Below, in pieces: positions 33,540 through 45,800 of a DNA stretch of 64,000 nt. Each line of letters begins with the position of its first letter. The stretch's first letter is position 1. A program made the position numbers and the translations under genes. Origin of the DNA: Camelus dromedarius (Eukaryota); NCBI RefSeq assembly GCF_036321535.1, contig NC_087454.1:21142001-21206000 (forward strand). The letters run 5' to 3'. The notes under the pieces are model-generated. The model saw nothing but the letters and a program-made list of their open reading frames with translations, did no database searches and was not told the origin of the DNA.

Positions 33540-34170
33540 ACATGTCACCGAACCCAGAAGTGTGTTACAAATATAATACATTTTGATCAAATAAGATTTA
33601 TCCTAGTAGAGTGTAAGTGCCTGACGATTAGCTTTCTGGATTGTGATGCAAGTGCCTGACGTTAAGCTTTTGATTGCTAAGACATTCACTTCAAAGCATC
33701 CATCTCAAAAACAATTGCTGTTTACACAACCACAGAAAGAGCCCGGCCTTCAGAAGGCCCTGGGGGACCTAAGTAACTGATCACTTGATTGACCTTGCTT
33801 TTCCCTTCTCATGCTTTAATTCCTGCTCTATTGTTTTAAATTCACCAATAAAGAATGAATCTGTGAAACCCTAGGCACCCCACCCACAGAACCCCAGGCT
33901 CCCCGCCTCTCCCTCTAGGACTTGTCAGTAATATATCTTGCTTTTTTTTTTTTTTTTTCAAAGTTCTCTGATGTTTGTTGCTGTGGTGCCTCTTGCAATC
34001 ATAATAACCACCAGAAGGGCCATTCCAGCCAGAATATTAGCTCTGGTTGGAGAAATGTCTCTGGGGGGTCCCCACAACTCATGCCTAAGTGAGTGCTCGG
34101 GGCGGGGGGGGGGCATTCCTAGCCCACAGCATCACTGTCGATAGGCTGAGACCAACACAAAACACCTAGG
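33540..34170 (+). mobile_element. Possible ERV solo LTR
   Basis: Starts TGT, has internal direct repeats AAGTGCCTGACG (33615, 33650) and AATAAA at 33847; interrupts the old L1. Confidence 0.35.
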
Positions 34171-34386
34171 AATGAAATTACTGTTCAATATCAGAAAATC
34201 CATAACATGACCCCCAAACCAATAAACCAAAAAATAAAATTTATATTAATTTCAGGTGAATTTAACTCAGAAATGCAAAAACTGAATTTGATCAATTTCA
34301 CCACATGGTAAAGATTATAAGCCAAAAATCTATAGCAAATATATTAGATGTATTCCCTTTGGGATTATGCAAAATGTAGGATGTCC

Positions 34387-34392
34387 TTTATT
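34387..34392 (-). terminator. Candidate DPA polyadenylation signal
   Basis: TTTATT on + (AATAAA on -), about 480 nt past DPA exon 4. Confidence 0.3.
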
Positions 34393-34499
34393 ATTTCAAA
34401 TGTTTAACTAGTGTTGGAGACATCACTATGAGAAAAGAGGAAAAGCAAGGCTGTGAAGATGGTCCAGGAGAGACACAATGGCTGCACAGGCTATACCTG

Positions 34500-34720
34500 A
34501 TGTACCGGATAAGACTGCAGCGTCTGGAGCCCCAGTGCCTGGGCTCAAATCCAGACTCTACACATTTTAAGCCGTGTGATCTTGGACAGATTCCTTCATC
34601 TCTCCTTGTGTCTGTTTCTCCCTAGGGGGAAATAATAGTACCAACCTCCAAACGTAAATAAGCGAATACATACAAAGCATGTAGACTAGTGCATGGTACA
34701 TAGCGAGCAGCTCAGCTGAT
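34500..34720. mobile_element. MIR-like SINE
   Basis: GGGCTCAAATCCAGACTCTAC...TGTGATCTTGGACAGA...AATAATAGTACCAACCTC core. Confidence 0.6.
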
Positions 34721-34861
34721 GTTACTGACCACTGTATTTGTTACTGTTTTCATCTAGTTCAGTGGCTCTAAAATATAAAGTGCTCAAAGAACCCCTGTGG
34801 AAGTGTTTCTCCTTCCCATCCACCACCCATAACATGCTACCCCCACTTCTCCACCATGTCC

Positions 34862-37800
34862 CTAATAGCCCCACCCCTGGGATGACTCACAGGGGCCCCT
34901 GCAACTGGGGACGCTCTCGGATAACCTGGTCTTCAGGACAATGGTGCCGGTGATGATGCCCACCAGGCCCACCGCCAAGCCCAGGGTGCAGACCGCGGTC
35001 TCCATTGTCTCAGGCACCTGGATCGGCTCCTGGGCCTCTGGGGAACAAAAGAAGATGGAATCAGGAAGCGCAGAGAATGTGGGGATGTGAAGGCTTAGAA
35101 CCCACGAAGTGGTGAAGTTTGAATAAAGTGACGATAAAATATGGGATTAAGGAAGCAGGTGTTGAGGGATGGCTCCTGGAAATAAAGGTGGTGTCAGGAC
35201 GGTGATGGCAAAGGTAGGGGTGGGAGGCATCCACATTAAAAAGAATAAAATTTTGCCATTTGTAGCAACATGGGTGGACTTGGAGGGCATTAGGCCAAGT
35301 GAAAAAAGTCAGACAGAGAAAGACAAATACTGTATGATATCACTTATATGTGGAATCTAAAAAATACAACAAACTAATGAATATAACAAAAAAGAAGCAG
35401 ACCCACAGACACAGAGAACAAACTGGTGTTTACCAGTGGGAAGCAGGGAGGGGTCATATAGGGGTGGGGGAGTGGGAAGTACGAACTGCTGGGTGTACTG
35501 TACAACACGGGGAAGAGAGCCACTATTTCGTAATAACTGTAAGTGAAAAGTAACCTTTAAAAATTGTATAAAATAAAAAGAATTTTAACAGTGGGGGCGT
35601 CCATACCCCAGTGCTTGAGGAGCGGCTGGTCCAGCCCCCAGTGCTCCACCCTGCAGTCATTGACGTCCTCGGCGGTGGGAAGGAAGGTCAGATAGTGGAA
35701 CTGGTGGAATCTGAATTCTGTGCTGGGCAGGAAGATGGTCTCAGCCACACCCTCAGTGACCGCCTGCCCATTGCGCAGCCACGTGACGTTGAGCACCGGC
35801 GGGAAGAACTTGTCCGCATGGCAGATGAGGGTGTTGGGCTGGCCCAGCTCCACAGGCTCCTTGGGAAACACGGTCACCTCAGGGGGCTCTGAGAGGGAAT
35901 GCAACCTGGTGAGTCTACTGCCTTTGGCTGAATTGCAAAGGACCCTCCACCCCAGGCCTTATATTCTCCAGATTAGGGCCTTCCTCTCTCAGGCCCACCT
36001 TTCCCCTCAATTCCAACCAAGGGCTCCCAGTTCAGAGTAGCAGCTTCTCATGCCCCTGACCTGGCCTCCCTCAGCCCAATCTTTATCTTGAATAAGAAGA
36101 AAATGCCTCTTCTGATGACCTAAGTACCCAACTTGTGGATCAAATACTACTTAGTTATGGGGAGGGCATAACTCATGAGTGCGTATTGGGGTCCCCCATT
36201 CTCTGTGTGTAGAGGGGCTCTCCCGTCCCTGCAGTTGGACTGTAGAGGAGTGGACAAGAGTGAGCAGTACCGGATGTGGCCCTGGTGTGGTTGGAGCGTT
36301 GGATCATGGTGTTCAAGTTCTTCCTTGCCATGACGATGTCAGCAATGCCCCTCTGAGCATCATAGTCAAAGGCATGAATAAACTCTGGCAGGTGCCAGAC
36401 AGTTTCCTTCTTATCCAGGTCCACGTAGAACTGCTCATCTTCATCAAATTCAAACATGTACTCCCCAGAAGGTTTGTGTGTCTGGACAAACTCGGCGTAC
36501 GTTGACACATGGTCCACTGCATGAAGAGAAAGAAAGGAGGCTGGAGAATGGGTGAACGTATAGGGCAGTGAACAGAATACAGGAAGCAGGTAGGTAAAGG
36601 GAAGGTTATTAGGATCACGAAGGAATAACACAGAAAATGAGAAATTCAAAATGAAAGTAAGGAGAAGAAAGAAATCGGAGGAAACAAGGAGAGAAATGAC
36701 TTATTGGGAATTCATACCAAGGGAGGAAGGGGGTAGGAAGGGATAAATTGGGAATTCAAGATTTGCAGATACTACTGTATATAAAATAGATAAACAACAA
36801 GTTTATACTGCATAGTACAGGGAACCATATTCGATATCTTGCAGTAACCTACAATGAAACAGAGTATGAAAACGAATATATTTATGTAAATGTATGACTG
36901 AAATGTTATGCTGTACACCAGAAATTGACACAACATTGTAAACTGACTATACTCCAATGTGGAAAAAAAAAAAAAAGAATATGAAAAGGAAAAAAATTCA
37001 GGGGTTTCCCTTGTCCCTGAAGAGTTAAGCATCCATCACTCCAGTATGATGATAGTAATGTTGAGCACAATAATAAGAATATTTATTGAGGACTTGCTAT
37101 GTGCATAATTTATTCATTGAATCTTCACACCCCCAGGGAAAGCTTTATTTTGCGTGTTCAGTAACTGACCACAGAGATGAGATAACTGTCCCAAGGTAAC
37201 ACAACTCCTTGTAGAAGCAATATTGACTTGTCCTCCCCCTCTCCAGTCCCACAGGATTTCAGAATCCTTACAGGACCAGACATCACATTAGTGATAAAGC
37301 TACAGAGCAGGGTGGGGAAGAGGAGAGAGTAAAGTAAAAATGTTTCAGAGTAGAAAATGTTTTAAATAGTGAAAGAAATAAAACATCTTTGTTCTTTTCA
37401 TAGACTTCAAGTTACTTTCTTAGCTCCAGGATAAAAATGGTTGGCTATGTAATTTTGTCCACAGAACTTTCATCTTAGGCATAACAAATGTAAAAGTGTC
37501 ATCGTCATTCATATGTTCACAAATTTTCTTGCTGAATTTATGTTTTAAAGTGTGGTTTCTGTTGGAAATCAAAGTTGCTGCATTTAAAACACCCATGGGA
37601 TAGTATCTTAATTTTAACTGGTATGTAAGAAGCAGCAAAAGGTTGACAACAAAGAAAAGTCTATTGGCATTACAGGGAAACAATAGAAATGAGAGAGTTT
37701 GGGGTGGAGAAAGGCAGAGGTACTAAGGTGAAACGACACTGCAGGGTTCATTGGTCTAACTCTCTAATTAAAGATTTGCCCTGGAAGCTCCTGACACGTG

Positions 37801-40800
37801 GAGAATCAGTCCTCTCCTTCAATGCTTCTGGTGACAGAATCCATTGACACACATGAGTACTTGCAGATTTCCATTGATTTTAGTGGTCAGAGAATCACTC
37901 ACCCACAAAAAGAAAAAAGAGAAAAAAGAAAGAACAAGCTGGGCTCCACAAATGTAGTTTGTTCACCTTGGGAGAATTCATTTTCATCATTTTCACAAAT
38001 TCTTTTTTTTTCATTATACAACCATGCATATTTTATGGTTAACAAAATATGCAATATATGCCTATAAATATTCTTCTGGGGTTTTCCAAGCATCTTATTC
38101 ATGATAGTTACCATTTGGGTGATTATGGTGCTGTCTAAAATTAAGCACAATAATCAAAATATCCCTTATGTAGTCACATAATGGTGTATAAGTTAATGGA
38201 TTTTCCAACTTCTGCCTCCTTGATTCTGTACACTGGATTCTTCCTCTATATTCTTTTATCCAAATTCAAACCATCACCTAAAACACACTGCAAATGTTTC
38301 TTCCTTCAAGCTCAGGGCAATCCTACCTACATTGAATTCCTATGCTTAATCACTATTTATTTAATAAATGGATAAATTACCTCATATTCACAAATTCTTA
38401 AAGATAAAGATCTGGGCATTTTTAAGTAAATTACACTCTTACACATGTTACTTTTCATTCTGCCAAAAAAACACGTATTATAAACCTTTAATCTTCAAGC
38501 ACTAAAGATATAACTCAGAAGATGAGGGTTTTGGTTTCAAGCTGCTTGGACTCCAAAGAATGAGAAAGACGAAGAAAAGATCACTGCTGAGTTATCACAA
38601 GGTATACACAAGATCCTAGAAGGGAGCCAAAGGGGATATTAAAATCAAAATGAGTGGGGAGGGTATAGCTCAGTGGTAGAGTATGTGCTTAGCAAGCACA
38701 AGGTCCTGGGCTCAATCCTCAGTAGCTCTATTTAAAAATAAATAAATGTTTAAAATAAATAAACCCAATTACCTACCCCCACAAAAAAGTTTTAAAAAAT
38801 AAAATCAAAATGAGATTTAAGTAAGGTTTCCCAAAGATGAGATTTACCTGACGTTAGCAAAGCAGAGGAAGGGGGAAATGGCATTTTTAGCCAGAGAAGT
38901 AGGCTCAGGCAGAGAGAGACATGAAAATGCGTGGAGAACTGCATGTCCTTCGGTATGGCTGGAGCTAAGAGGGGAATGTGGAGGGGGCTGTATTGTGCTC
39001 TGCCTCGTGTGCTAATTGGAGGTATTTGAATGGTATCCCACAGCCCATGGGAATTCTTGGAAGAACTTGAGAGTAACATGATCATATCCGTACTGGAAGG
39101 TGGCAACAGCAGGGAAGAGGGATTGGAGGAGGCTGGTTTGAAAGCAAGACCAGGAGGCTCTTGGGCAATCAGGTGAGAAGGGATGAGGGTGCAGATGAGG
39201 CAGTAACGCGGAGGGCAAGGAGACAAGTGGGTGTGTTTGAATGGCAGTAAAGAGATGCGAGCACAGGTATCAGTGGGTAGAAGTAAGGACATGAAGGAAT
39301 CCAGAACGAGCAGGCAATGTGGAGAACTGTGGCATCAGTGACAGGTAGAGAAGGATAGAGAAGGTAGAGAAGGATAAAGAAGTGATTGAGAGAAAATAAA
39401 ATGTGCTGCTGTTAGAAACATGCTGGGGTTAAATTTCTGGGAGACAAAGTGTAGTTGATATGAGGGCGGTTGAAATAAGTAAATGGGTCTCAAGTTAGAC
39501 GGTCCAGTAACATGGACCAGGAATCCTCGTGGCAAGTGAACTTAAAAGTTTGGATTAGATAACTCAAGAAAAGTGTATAAAGTCATAATAGCAGGGTCTG
39601 AATGTGTAGTCCTGCATCCTGGCAAACACGGACATTTAAGAAGAGGCTGAAAAGCAAGACATGGAAACAACCTAAATGTCCATCAATAGATGACTAGATA
39701 AAGAAGTTGTGGTGTATTTATACAATGGAATGTAAAAAAGANNNNNNNNNNNNNNNNNNNNNNNNNNNNNNNNNNNNNNNNNNNNNNNNNNNNNNNNNNN
39801 NNNNNNNNNNNNNNNNNNNNNNNNNNNNNNNNNNNNNNNNNNNNNNNNNNNNNNNNNNNNNNNNNNNNNNNNNNNNNNNNNNNNNNNNNNNNNNNNACAG
39901 AAACAGACTAACAGACATAGAAAACAAACTTATGGTTATCAGGGGAGAAAGGGGTTCAGAGGGGATAAATTCGGAGTTTGAGATTTGCAGATACTAATTA
40001 CTACATATAAAATAGATAAACAAGTTTCTACTGTATAGCACAAGGAACCATATTAAATATCTTGTAGCAGCCTACAATGAGAAAGAATATGTATGTATAT
40101 GTATGACTGAAACTTTATGCTGTACACCAGAAATTGACACAACATTGTCAACTGACTATACTTCAATAAAAAACTTAAAATTAAATAAAATAAAAAGAGA
40201 CTGAAAAGGAGAAGACTAAAGAATAGGAAGAAAACAAGGAGGAAGTATGCTTCTAAGACAAGGAATAAGAAGGAAATTTCAGGAAGGAGGAAGCAGTCAC
40301 ATCACAAACATCACTAATAACACAAGTAAGACACACATGGAGAGGTGATGGTGGGTTTGGGTTGTCTGGAGACCATTAGCGGCCCCACTGAGAGCAGCAT
40401 CAGAGATGGGGAAACAAAGGGGAGAATGCAGTTGGTTGAGGACTGAGTGAACCAGGAAAAAGTCAAAAACAAACATCGCAGACTCCCATTTCAAAAAGTC
40501 TACCTCTGAAATGTAAGAGAGACAGAGAATCTTGGGAAGAGGAGGTACCAGGGCTCTTCACTCATCAGTGATGTGACGGGGGATCATGAGACATTTATTA
40601 ACCTCTTTGCATCTCAGTCTTTCCAGTTCTAAAACGGAAGCCTTCCTGAAAAGTCTGTTGTGAAAACGAAGAGGAGATTTGGCACTTGCAGGTGTTTATC
40701 AATAAACAGCAGCTACTATGTTGTGGAGTGAAAGGAAGAAGATGACCTCACAAAAGAGGGAAAAGAATAGAGAAGAGAAACGGGACAGAAAAGAGCACCT

Positions 40801-40957
40801 GTGGGTTGTAAAACGTGCTGCGGTCACCCCCCCACCCCCCGCCCCCTGAGCACTCACCCTGGAAGGCGCCAGCTCCGTGGGGACTGAGCAGGGCAGCCAG
40901 GGTGAGGGCTTGAAGGATCATGACTCTGGTCTGGCTCCCTGTGTCTTCAAGGTGCAT
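34862..40957 (-). CDS. DPA: MHC class II DP alpha chain; ORF open through the TM, with a frameshifted cytoplasmic tail
   Basis: Exons 40858-40957 (100 nt; [33 protein letters not shown]), 36271-36516 (246; [42 protein letters not shown]), 35607-35888 (282; [24 protein letters not shown]...[16 protein letters not shown]) and exon 4 from 35037 ([11 protein letters not shown]...[18 protein letters not shown]) to about 34875. Exon sizes and DHVSTY/EFDEDE motifs are DP-alpha-like. The true end depends on exon 4 splicing; 34862 is the read-through TAG. Confidence 0.88.
35250..35585 (+). mobile_element. L1 3' fragment in DPA intron 3, about 20 nt from the exon 3 donor
   Basis: AAATTTTGCCATTTGTAGCAACATGGGTGGACTTGGAGGGC...ATGATATCACTTATATGTGGAATC with an A-rich end. 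Confidence 0.8.
36720..36975 (+). mobile_element. L1 3' UTR fragment in DPA intron 1
   Basis: ATAAAATAGATAAACAACAAG...GTACACCAGAAATTGACACAACATTGTAAACTGACTATAC plus poly-A. Confidence 0.8.
38656..38800 (+). mobile_element. Vic-1-like SINE, long-tail form, in DPA intron 1
   Basis: tRNA-like head; TSD AAAATCAAAATGAG on both sides. Confidence 0.88.
38820..39600 (-). mobile_element. L2 fragment
   Basis: Purine-rich antisense L2-like sequence (GAGAGTAACATGATCATATCC, GGAGGCTCTTGGGCAATCAGGTGAG). Confidence 0.45.
39655..40194 (+). mobile_element. 5'-truncated L1 with TSD in DPA intron 1 (includes N-run 39722-39896)
   Basis: Starts CAAGACATGGAAACAACCTAAATGTCC and ends A-rich. TSD AAGAGGCTGAAAAG (39641) / AAGAGACTGAAAAG (40195). 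Confidence 0.85.
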
Positions 40958-41081
40958 CTGCAGTGACAGACAGTGCGGAGAAAATGAGGCAAGGCAAGGA
41001 GGAGCTCTGATTCCAGGACTTATTTCTCTACCCCTGTGGAGGGAGAAGTGGGTGGAGATGAAACAGCTTGATGGGGCTCAG

Positions 41082-41121
41082 CCAACCAGAAAACGTCAGA
41101 AGGGGCATCTCTGTGGCTGGA
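41082..41121 (-). promoter_or_regulatory. DPA X-Y module, degenerate
   Basis: Minus strand: X-like TCCAGCCACAGAGA, 18-nt spacer, Y-like CTGGTTGG, about 125 nt upstream of the ATG. Confidence 0.65.
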
Positions 41122-42652
41122 AAAGAAAACGCTAGAACAGTGTTAGGACCAACACAGCCCAGAAAGCCCCAGCCTACGCGGGACTGGGGACAGGAGGAGG
41201 AAACTAAAACGGAGATACCATAATCGCCTTCCTCTTAGTGGTGTTGTTTGGAAATAGGTAATTGAAGTTGATTCTTGAGTACTTTTTATTTGTAATAACT
41301 TATGTGAATGGACATTTTCAAAATTTCATGTTGATTCTTAGTTTCATATAGGAATTCGTTTGACTGTTATCAAATGATATTATATTTACCATTTTACACC
41401 TTTGATCATTTTAGAGGAATCCTTTGGTGTTTCCAGACATACACACAGAAGGCAAACAATATTTAATTGTTCACTTCTAATTATTACTCTTTTTATTTCT
41501 TCTTCATAGAAGAATGTGGTGATATAAGGCACTTTTATTTAAATCTTATTCTTAAGAACAATTTCTCTAGTCATTTCATATGAAATCTAGTGGTAGATTT
41601 TTTATATGTTCTGTTTTATTACAGAGGGGTTTGGAACCATAGTAAACAGGTGTGGGACTATAGTAAGTTTTTCTAGTATTTAATATTGCCATGATAGAAT
41701 TTGTATTATTGTATTATTGAAATAGTGTGTTGTGTTGAGTAAAGAGTTTTTTGTGTTCTGAACTAATCTTTCATTAGAATAATTAACATTCTTTGATTCC
41801 TGACTGTGTGTAAGGCTCTGTTTGAAGAGATGCAGGTGCTAAGGATTATCGCAATTCGATTTCCAAATAAACGGCAGGGTCTCCATGATAGTCTCCATTT
41901 TACATGAAAGGAATTTGAGTCATAAGAGGTTTAAAAAAAAAAATCCAGGAAGTAGCAGAAAGGGGACTTCACAGCCAGGAAATTTCACTCTTGACCTGTG
42001 TCTGACCACTTTACTATAATGCATCCTGTCTCTAATAGAAAATCTAAGTTAAATAATAATGTACGATTTTATTCAATTCATCAATGATTTAAGTACTTCA
42101 AAAACTCTCTGATCTTTACATTTCTAAGGCATTTTATATGTACGTTCTCATTTCACCCCTCCCAGAGTTACTGAGAAGACAGGTGCTACCACCCCCATTT
42201 CCAAAGTAAAGAAACTGTGGCCCATAAAGGCAAGTAATTTGCCCAAAGTTGTGCACTTACTTCCATGCCTTATTTGGTATTAAAGCCCAGAGACCCTTGT
42301 TCCACATCCTTTATAACCGGACCTCTGTGAGGGGAAGGTGAACATCTGACCCCTTACGTGATGGCTGGTACAGCCTCCAGGACCAATTCAGAGTCCTGGG
42401 TGGACACTCTAATCCCCTGAGATCTTTAACATACTGCCTAGGACTTGCTCTTCCCCAGACCGCATCCCTGCAAGGGGGATTAGCACTCACCACTGAGCGG
42501 GAATGACATTCCTGCAATCTGCTCCAGGGCAAGGAGAACAGAAGGAAAAAAACAAAAACAAAACCAAAAAGACCCTCATGATTCATCCAGTTCCTCAGAG
42601 GCCCCTCCCTTTATTCTGCCTTCAATGAATCTTATACCTTGAAGTAGCATGT

Positions 42653-42700
42653 GCCTGACAGCAAGCTTCTGCCTGGAAAGTGACAATTCCTACTTATTGG
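42653..42700 (+). promoter_or_regulatory. DPB promoter: Y-box core ATTGG retained, X box degenerate
   Basis: CTTATTGG at 42693-42700, about 135 nt upstream of the ATG; only a partial AGCAA upstream. Confidence 0.45.
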
Positions 42701-42835
42701 TTCCTTTTTTGGAATCTGGCCACACCCAGGGGATGTAGGAGGGGTCCAGGCTCACCATCTCTCATGTTTTAAGAGTGAGGCCCATTGAGTGAGAGCTGCT
42801 CTGACTCTGATTCCTGTCCTTTCCCAGGCTGCGGG

Positions 42836-45800
42836 ATGGCAGTCTTTTGGGTCACTGGGGCCCCTGGGATGGCAGCTCTGATGAAGTCCCTGGCGATGCT
42901 GAGCTTCCCTTTGGCTCAGGGCAGAGACACCCCAGGTAAGTGCAGAGCTGCTGCTCTTGGAGGGTCTGGCTCTGGGGAATGATCCTGGGGGCTTTCCCCA
43001 TGTGGGCTCCCTCCGTGGGAAAGGCTTTGGGGCTCGGACATTCATCCAAGGGCCAGGATTCCCATTAGAGAGAGAAAGAGATCAGGGTTTGTGTCTGCTG
43101 GACACAGTGGTACCTGGTGGTCTGAAATGACTTTGGAGGGACAAGATTCTCACAGAGGGGTCCTCAAGATAACATTTCAGCATCAAAAGATAGGAAAGGG
43201 GAACTGTGTTTAGTTTGCATTGTCCAGGATCCCAGATACAGGACCAGTGCTCCAGGTGGGGGCCCCTTTCACAGAACCAAACGGGAACCCTGTCCCAGGA
43301 ACAGCGATGGCCGGGGGGGGAGAGGAGGGTAATGAGGACCAGCTGTGGGGAAAGCCAGCAGGGTAACTATTGCAGCTGACTGTCCCCCACATCAGGAACC
43401 AGATCAGAGCACATCAGGGTAGGTTCTGAGAGGAAGTGAGAAACAGGAAATGGCCCCTCCTAGCTCCAGCTCCCCACCAAGACCATGTGTGCTGGAATGG
43501 TGAAGTCGTTTATGTTAAAATTCCCCAACCTTTCTCTCCCCATCCATAAAACCAGCCCTACTCCTTCCTGAGAATCAGTTTCTCTCAGGCTCCTTCCCCA
43601 ATTTCTGGGGGTAACAGCAATGAAGACTCTTAAATTCATCTACTCAAACACCATCCCCTTGTCCTCATTTCTCAGACAGAAGGAAGGGGAAATTTTTCTG
43701 GCATTTATCCTCAGGTGAACACAGAACTGGACAAGGGCGGCTCAGCTGTGGAGCCCGTGTCCACAGATGAGAGAAGAAATGGAGATGCTTGGGTCTTGGA
43801 GGGCTGGAAGGGGCTGTGGGCTCAGGAAATAGCTGGTGAGATGAGATGATGTCCAACAGGAGGTGAGAGGGGAGTAGTGCAGGATGGGCACAGGAGAAGC
43901 TGTTCTGGGCAGCAGGCAGATGCTGATAGGAAGACACTGGAAATTGAAGCTTGGGGCTCCCTTGCAGTGAATAGTGAGCAGAGTGGTGGGTGGCAGTGGG
44001 AGGAGTAGAGTGAGGTGGAGAGATCATTGGATTCAGGTTAGTAAGAGGCCTGAGATGGAGTCCCCTCACCCTGTGAGAGAGACACCTGGGGGAAGGAGAG
44101 GGTGGGCCCAGAGCTCCCCGCACAGTTTCAAAGCCGAGGGACTCATTACTGAGTGAAATCTGACATCCAGGGAACTTGGATCTGATGGGTCGGGAAGATT
44201 CCTCCATTTCCTTTTTGCGCCTCCAACTCTTTCAGCAGAAATGGAAAGGGATGAAAGAGGAAAACCTGGCTTAACAGGCCCTGGGCGAAGCTGGAACTAT
44301 CGAGAAGGCCTTCGTGACTACTGGGTCATAAAGAAAATTGTGTAGAAAGGGAACATCCAACTCATGGATGCAACAGATTTGTAGCTCTAGTGGCCTCTTT
44401 AAAACTCCATTGTTGGGGGAGGGTGTAGCTCAGGGGGAGGGTGTAGCTCAGTGGTAGAGCGCATGCTTAGCATGCAGGAGGTCCTGGGTTCAGTCCCTAG
44501 TACCTCCATTTAAAAATTATTTTTTAATTTTAAATCCATCGTTCATGACATTCACCATCCCAAAATTTATTTATTTATTTATTTTTAATTTTGCTTTTTA
44601 TTGAAGTGTAGTTGACTTACAACATTAGTTTCAGGTGTACAGCAAAGCGATTCAGTTATTCTTATACATACATATCTATAGAAACCATACCGGCTTAAAC
44701 CCTGGGACTCCACCCATCACATTACCTGGGTAGCGGCAGAAGCCTGGGGTTTAAACTTGTATTTACTCCATTTCTTCTGTCTCCCTTTCCCAAGAGAAAG
44801 AAAAGGTGGGAAGAAACAATCAGCATTATGTTAATAAAAGCTTCTTTTCAAGCATGTAAGGCCGTGCCCCAAGGGCAGTTCCTGTGAGCCATTCTGAACC
44901 AACCAGGGCTCTGTCCTTTGTGTTTCTTTCAGCTCAACATTAATCTAATCACCAGTCACTTTACTGAGGACCTTCCTAATGCACAGATCAGACGAAACCA
45001 CTCGCTGGCTAATAAATCTGCTCCCTGTCAGGAAACTCCCCGAACTCCTCGGCCTGGCGCAGACAGCAGACGGCACTGCCGGCCTGTCCTGTCTCCCACC
45101 ACCTCACTCACTTTCCCTTTCCCTGCTGCTCCCTCTGGTGAGATTCTGCTCCTCCTTATAACCCCAGATGAAACATCAGCTCCTCTGAACCCTCATCTCT
45201 CCCTCGGCCTCCAATTCTCAGCAAATTTAAGGTGCTCTTCACATGTCCCCACAATCCCGCTGCCACACCCCTGTGAACCCACCTGTCACTGCGCCCATAC
45301 TGCGTCCACCTGCTTGTCTCCCACTTAGACCTTAAGGTTCCCTGAGGCCATGCTCTTCATGATTTATACTGGAAAGGACCTCAGAGATTATTTAGTTAAA
45401 GCCCCCGTTTACTGGATAAGAAAACTTCGGACCAGGGAGGTTCTATGATGTATCCAAGGTCACCAGGATACATTTACATCAACAGTAGTGACTAACACTG
45501 TATTGATTTGTTGACTCATTGAGAGAGAACTGCAGAGGCTGGAGGTGAGGCGAAGAGAGGGGAGAGAGAAGAGACTGAGAACGTGGTGAACACAGAGTTT
45601 TCATTTTGGCTGTGCTCTGGGTCAGCGCTCCCGGGACAGGCAGAGTGACCCCCCTGAGTTCTCTAACCGGACACTCTTCGAGAACAAGGATGGAGACTCG
45701 AGAGGAAAGAGGCAAAAGACAGGAAGTGCATGGCCTTGGATGCAGCCACTCAATGTCACAGGGAAAGTGGGCAGAGCGTCTCATGGGTGTTGGAGTCTCT

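Noticed and set aside
35611-36505. Antisense ORFs over DPA, DOA and DPB exons (e.g. 35611-35892, 36179-36505, 25360-25641, 47000-47329)
   Set aside because: These are shadow ORFs opposite real coding exons, caused by codon bias.
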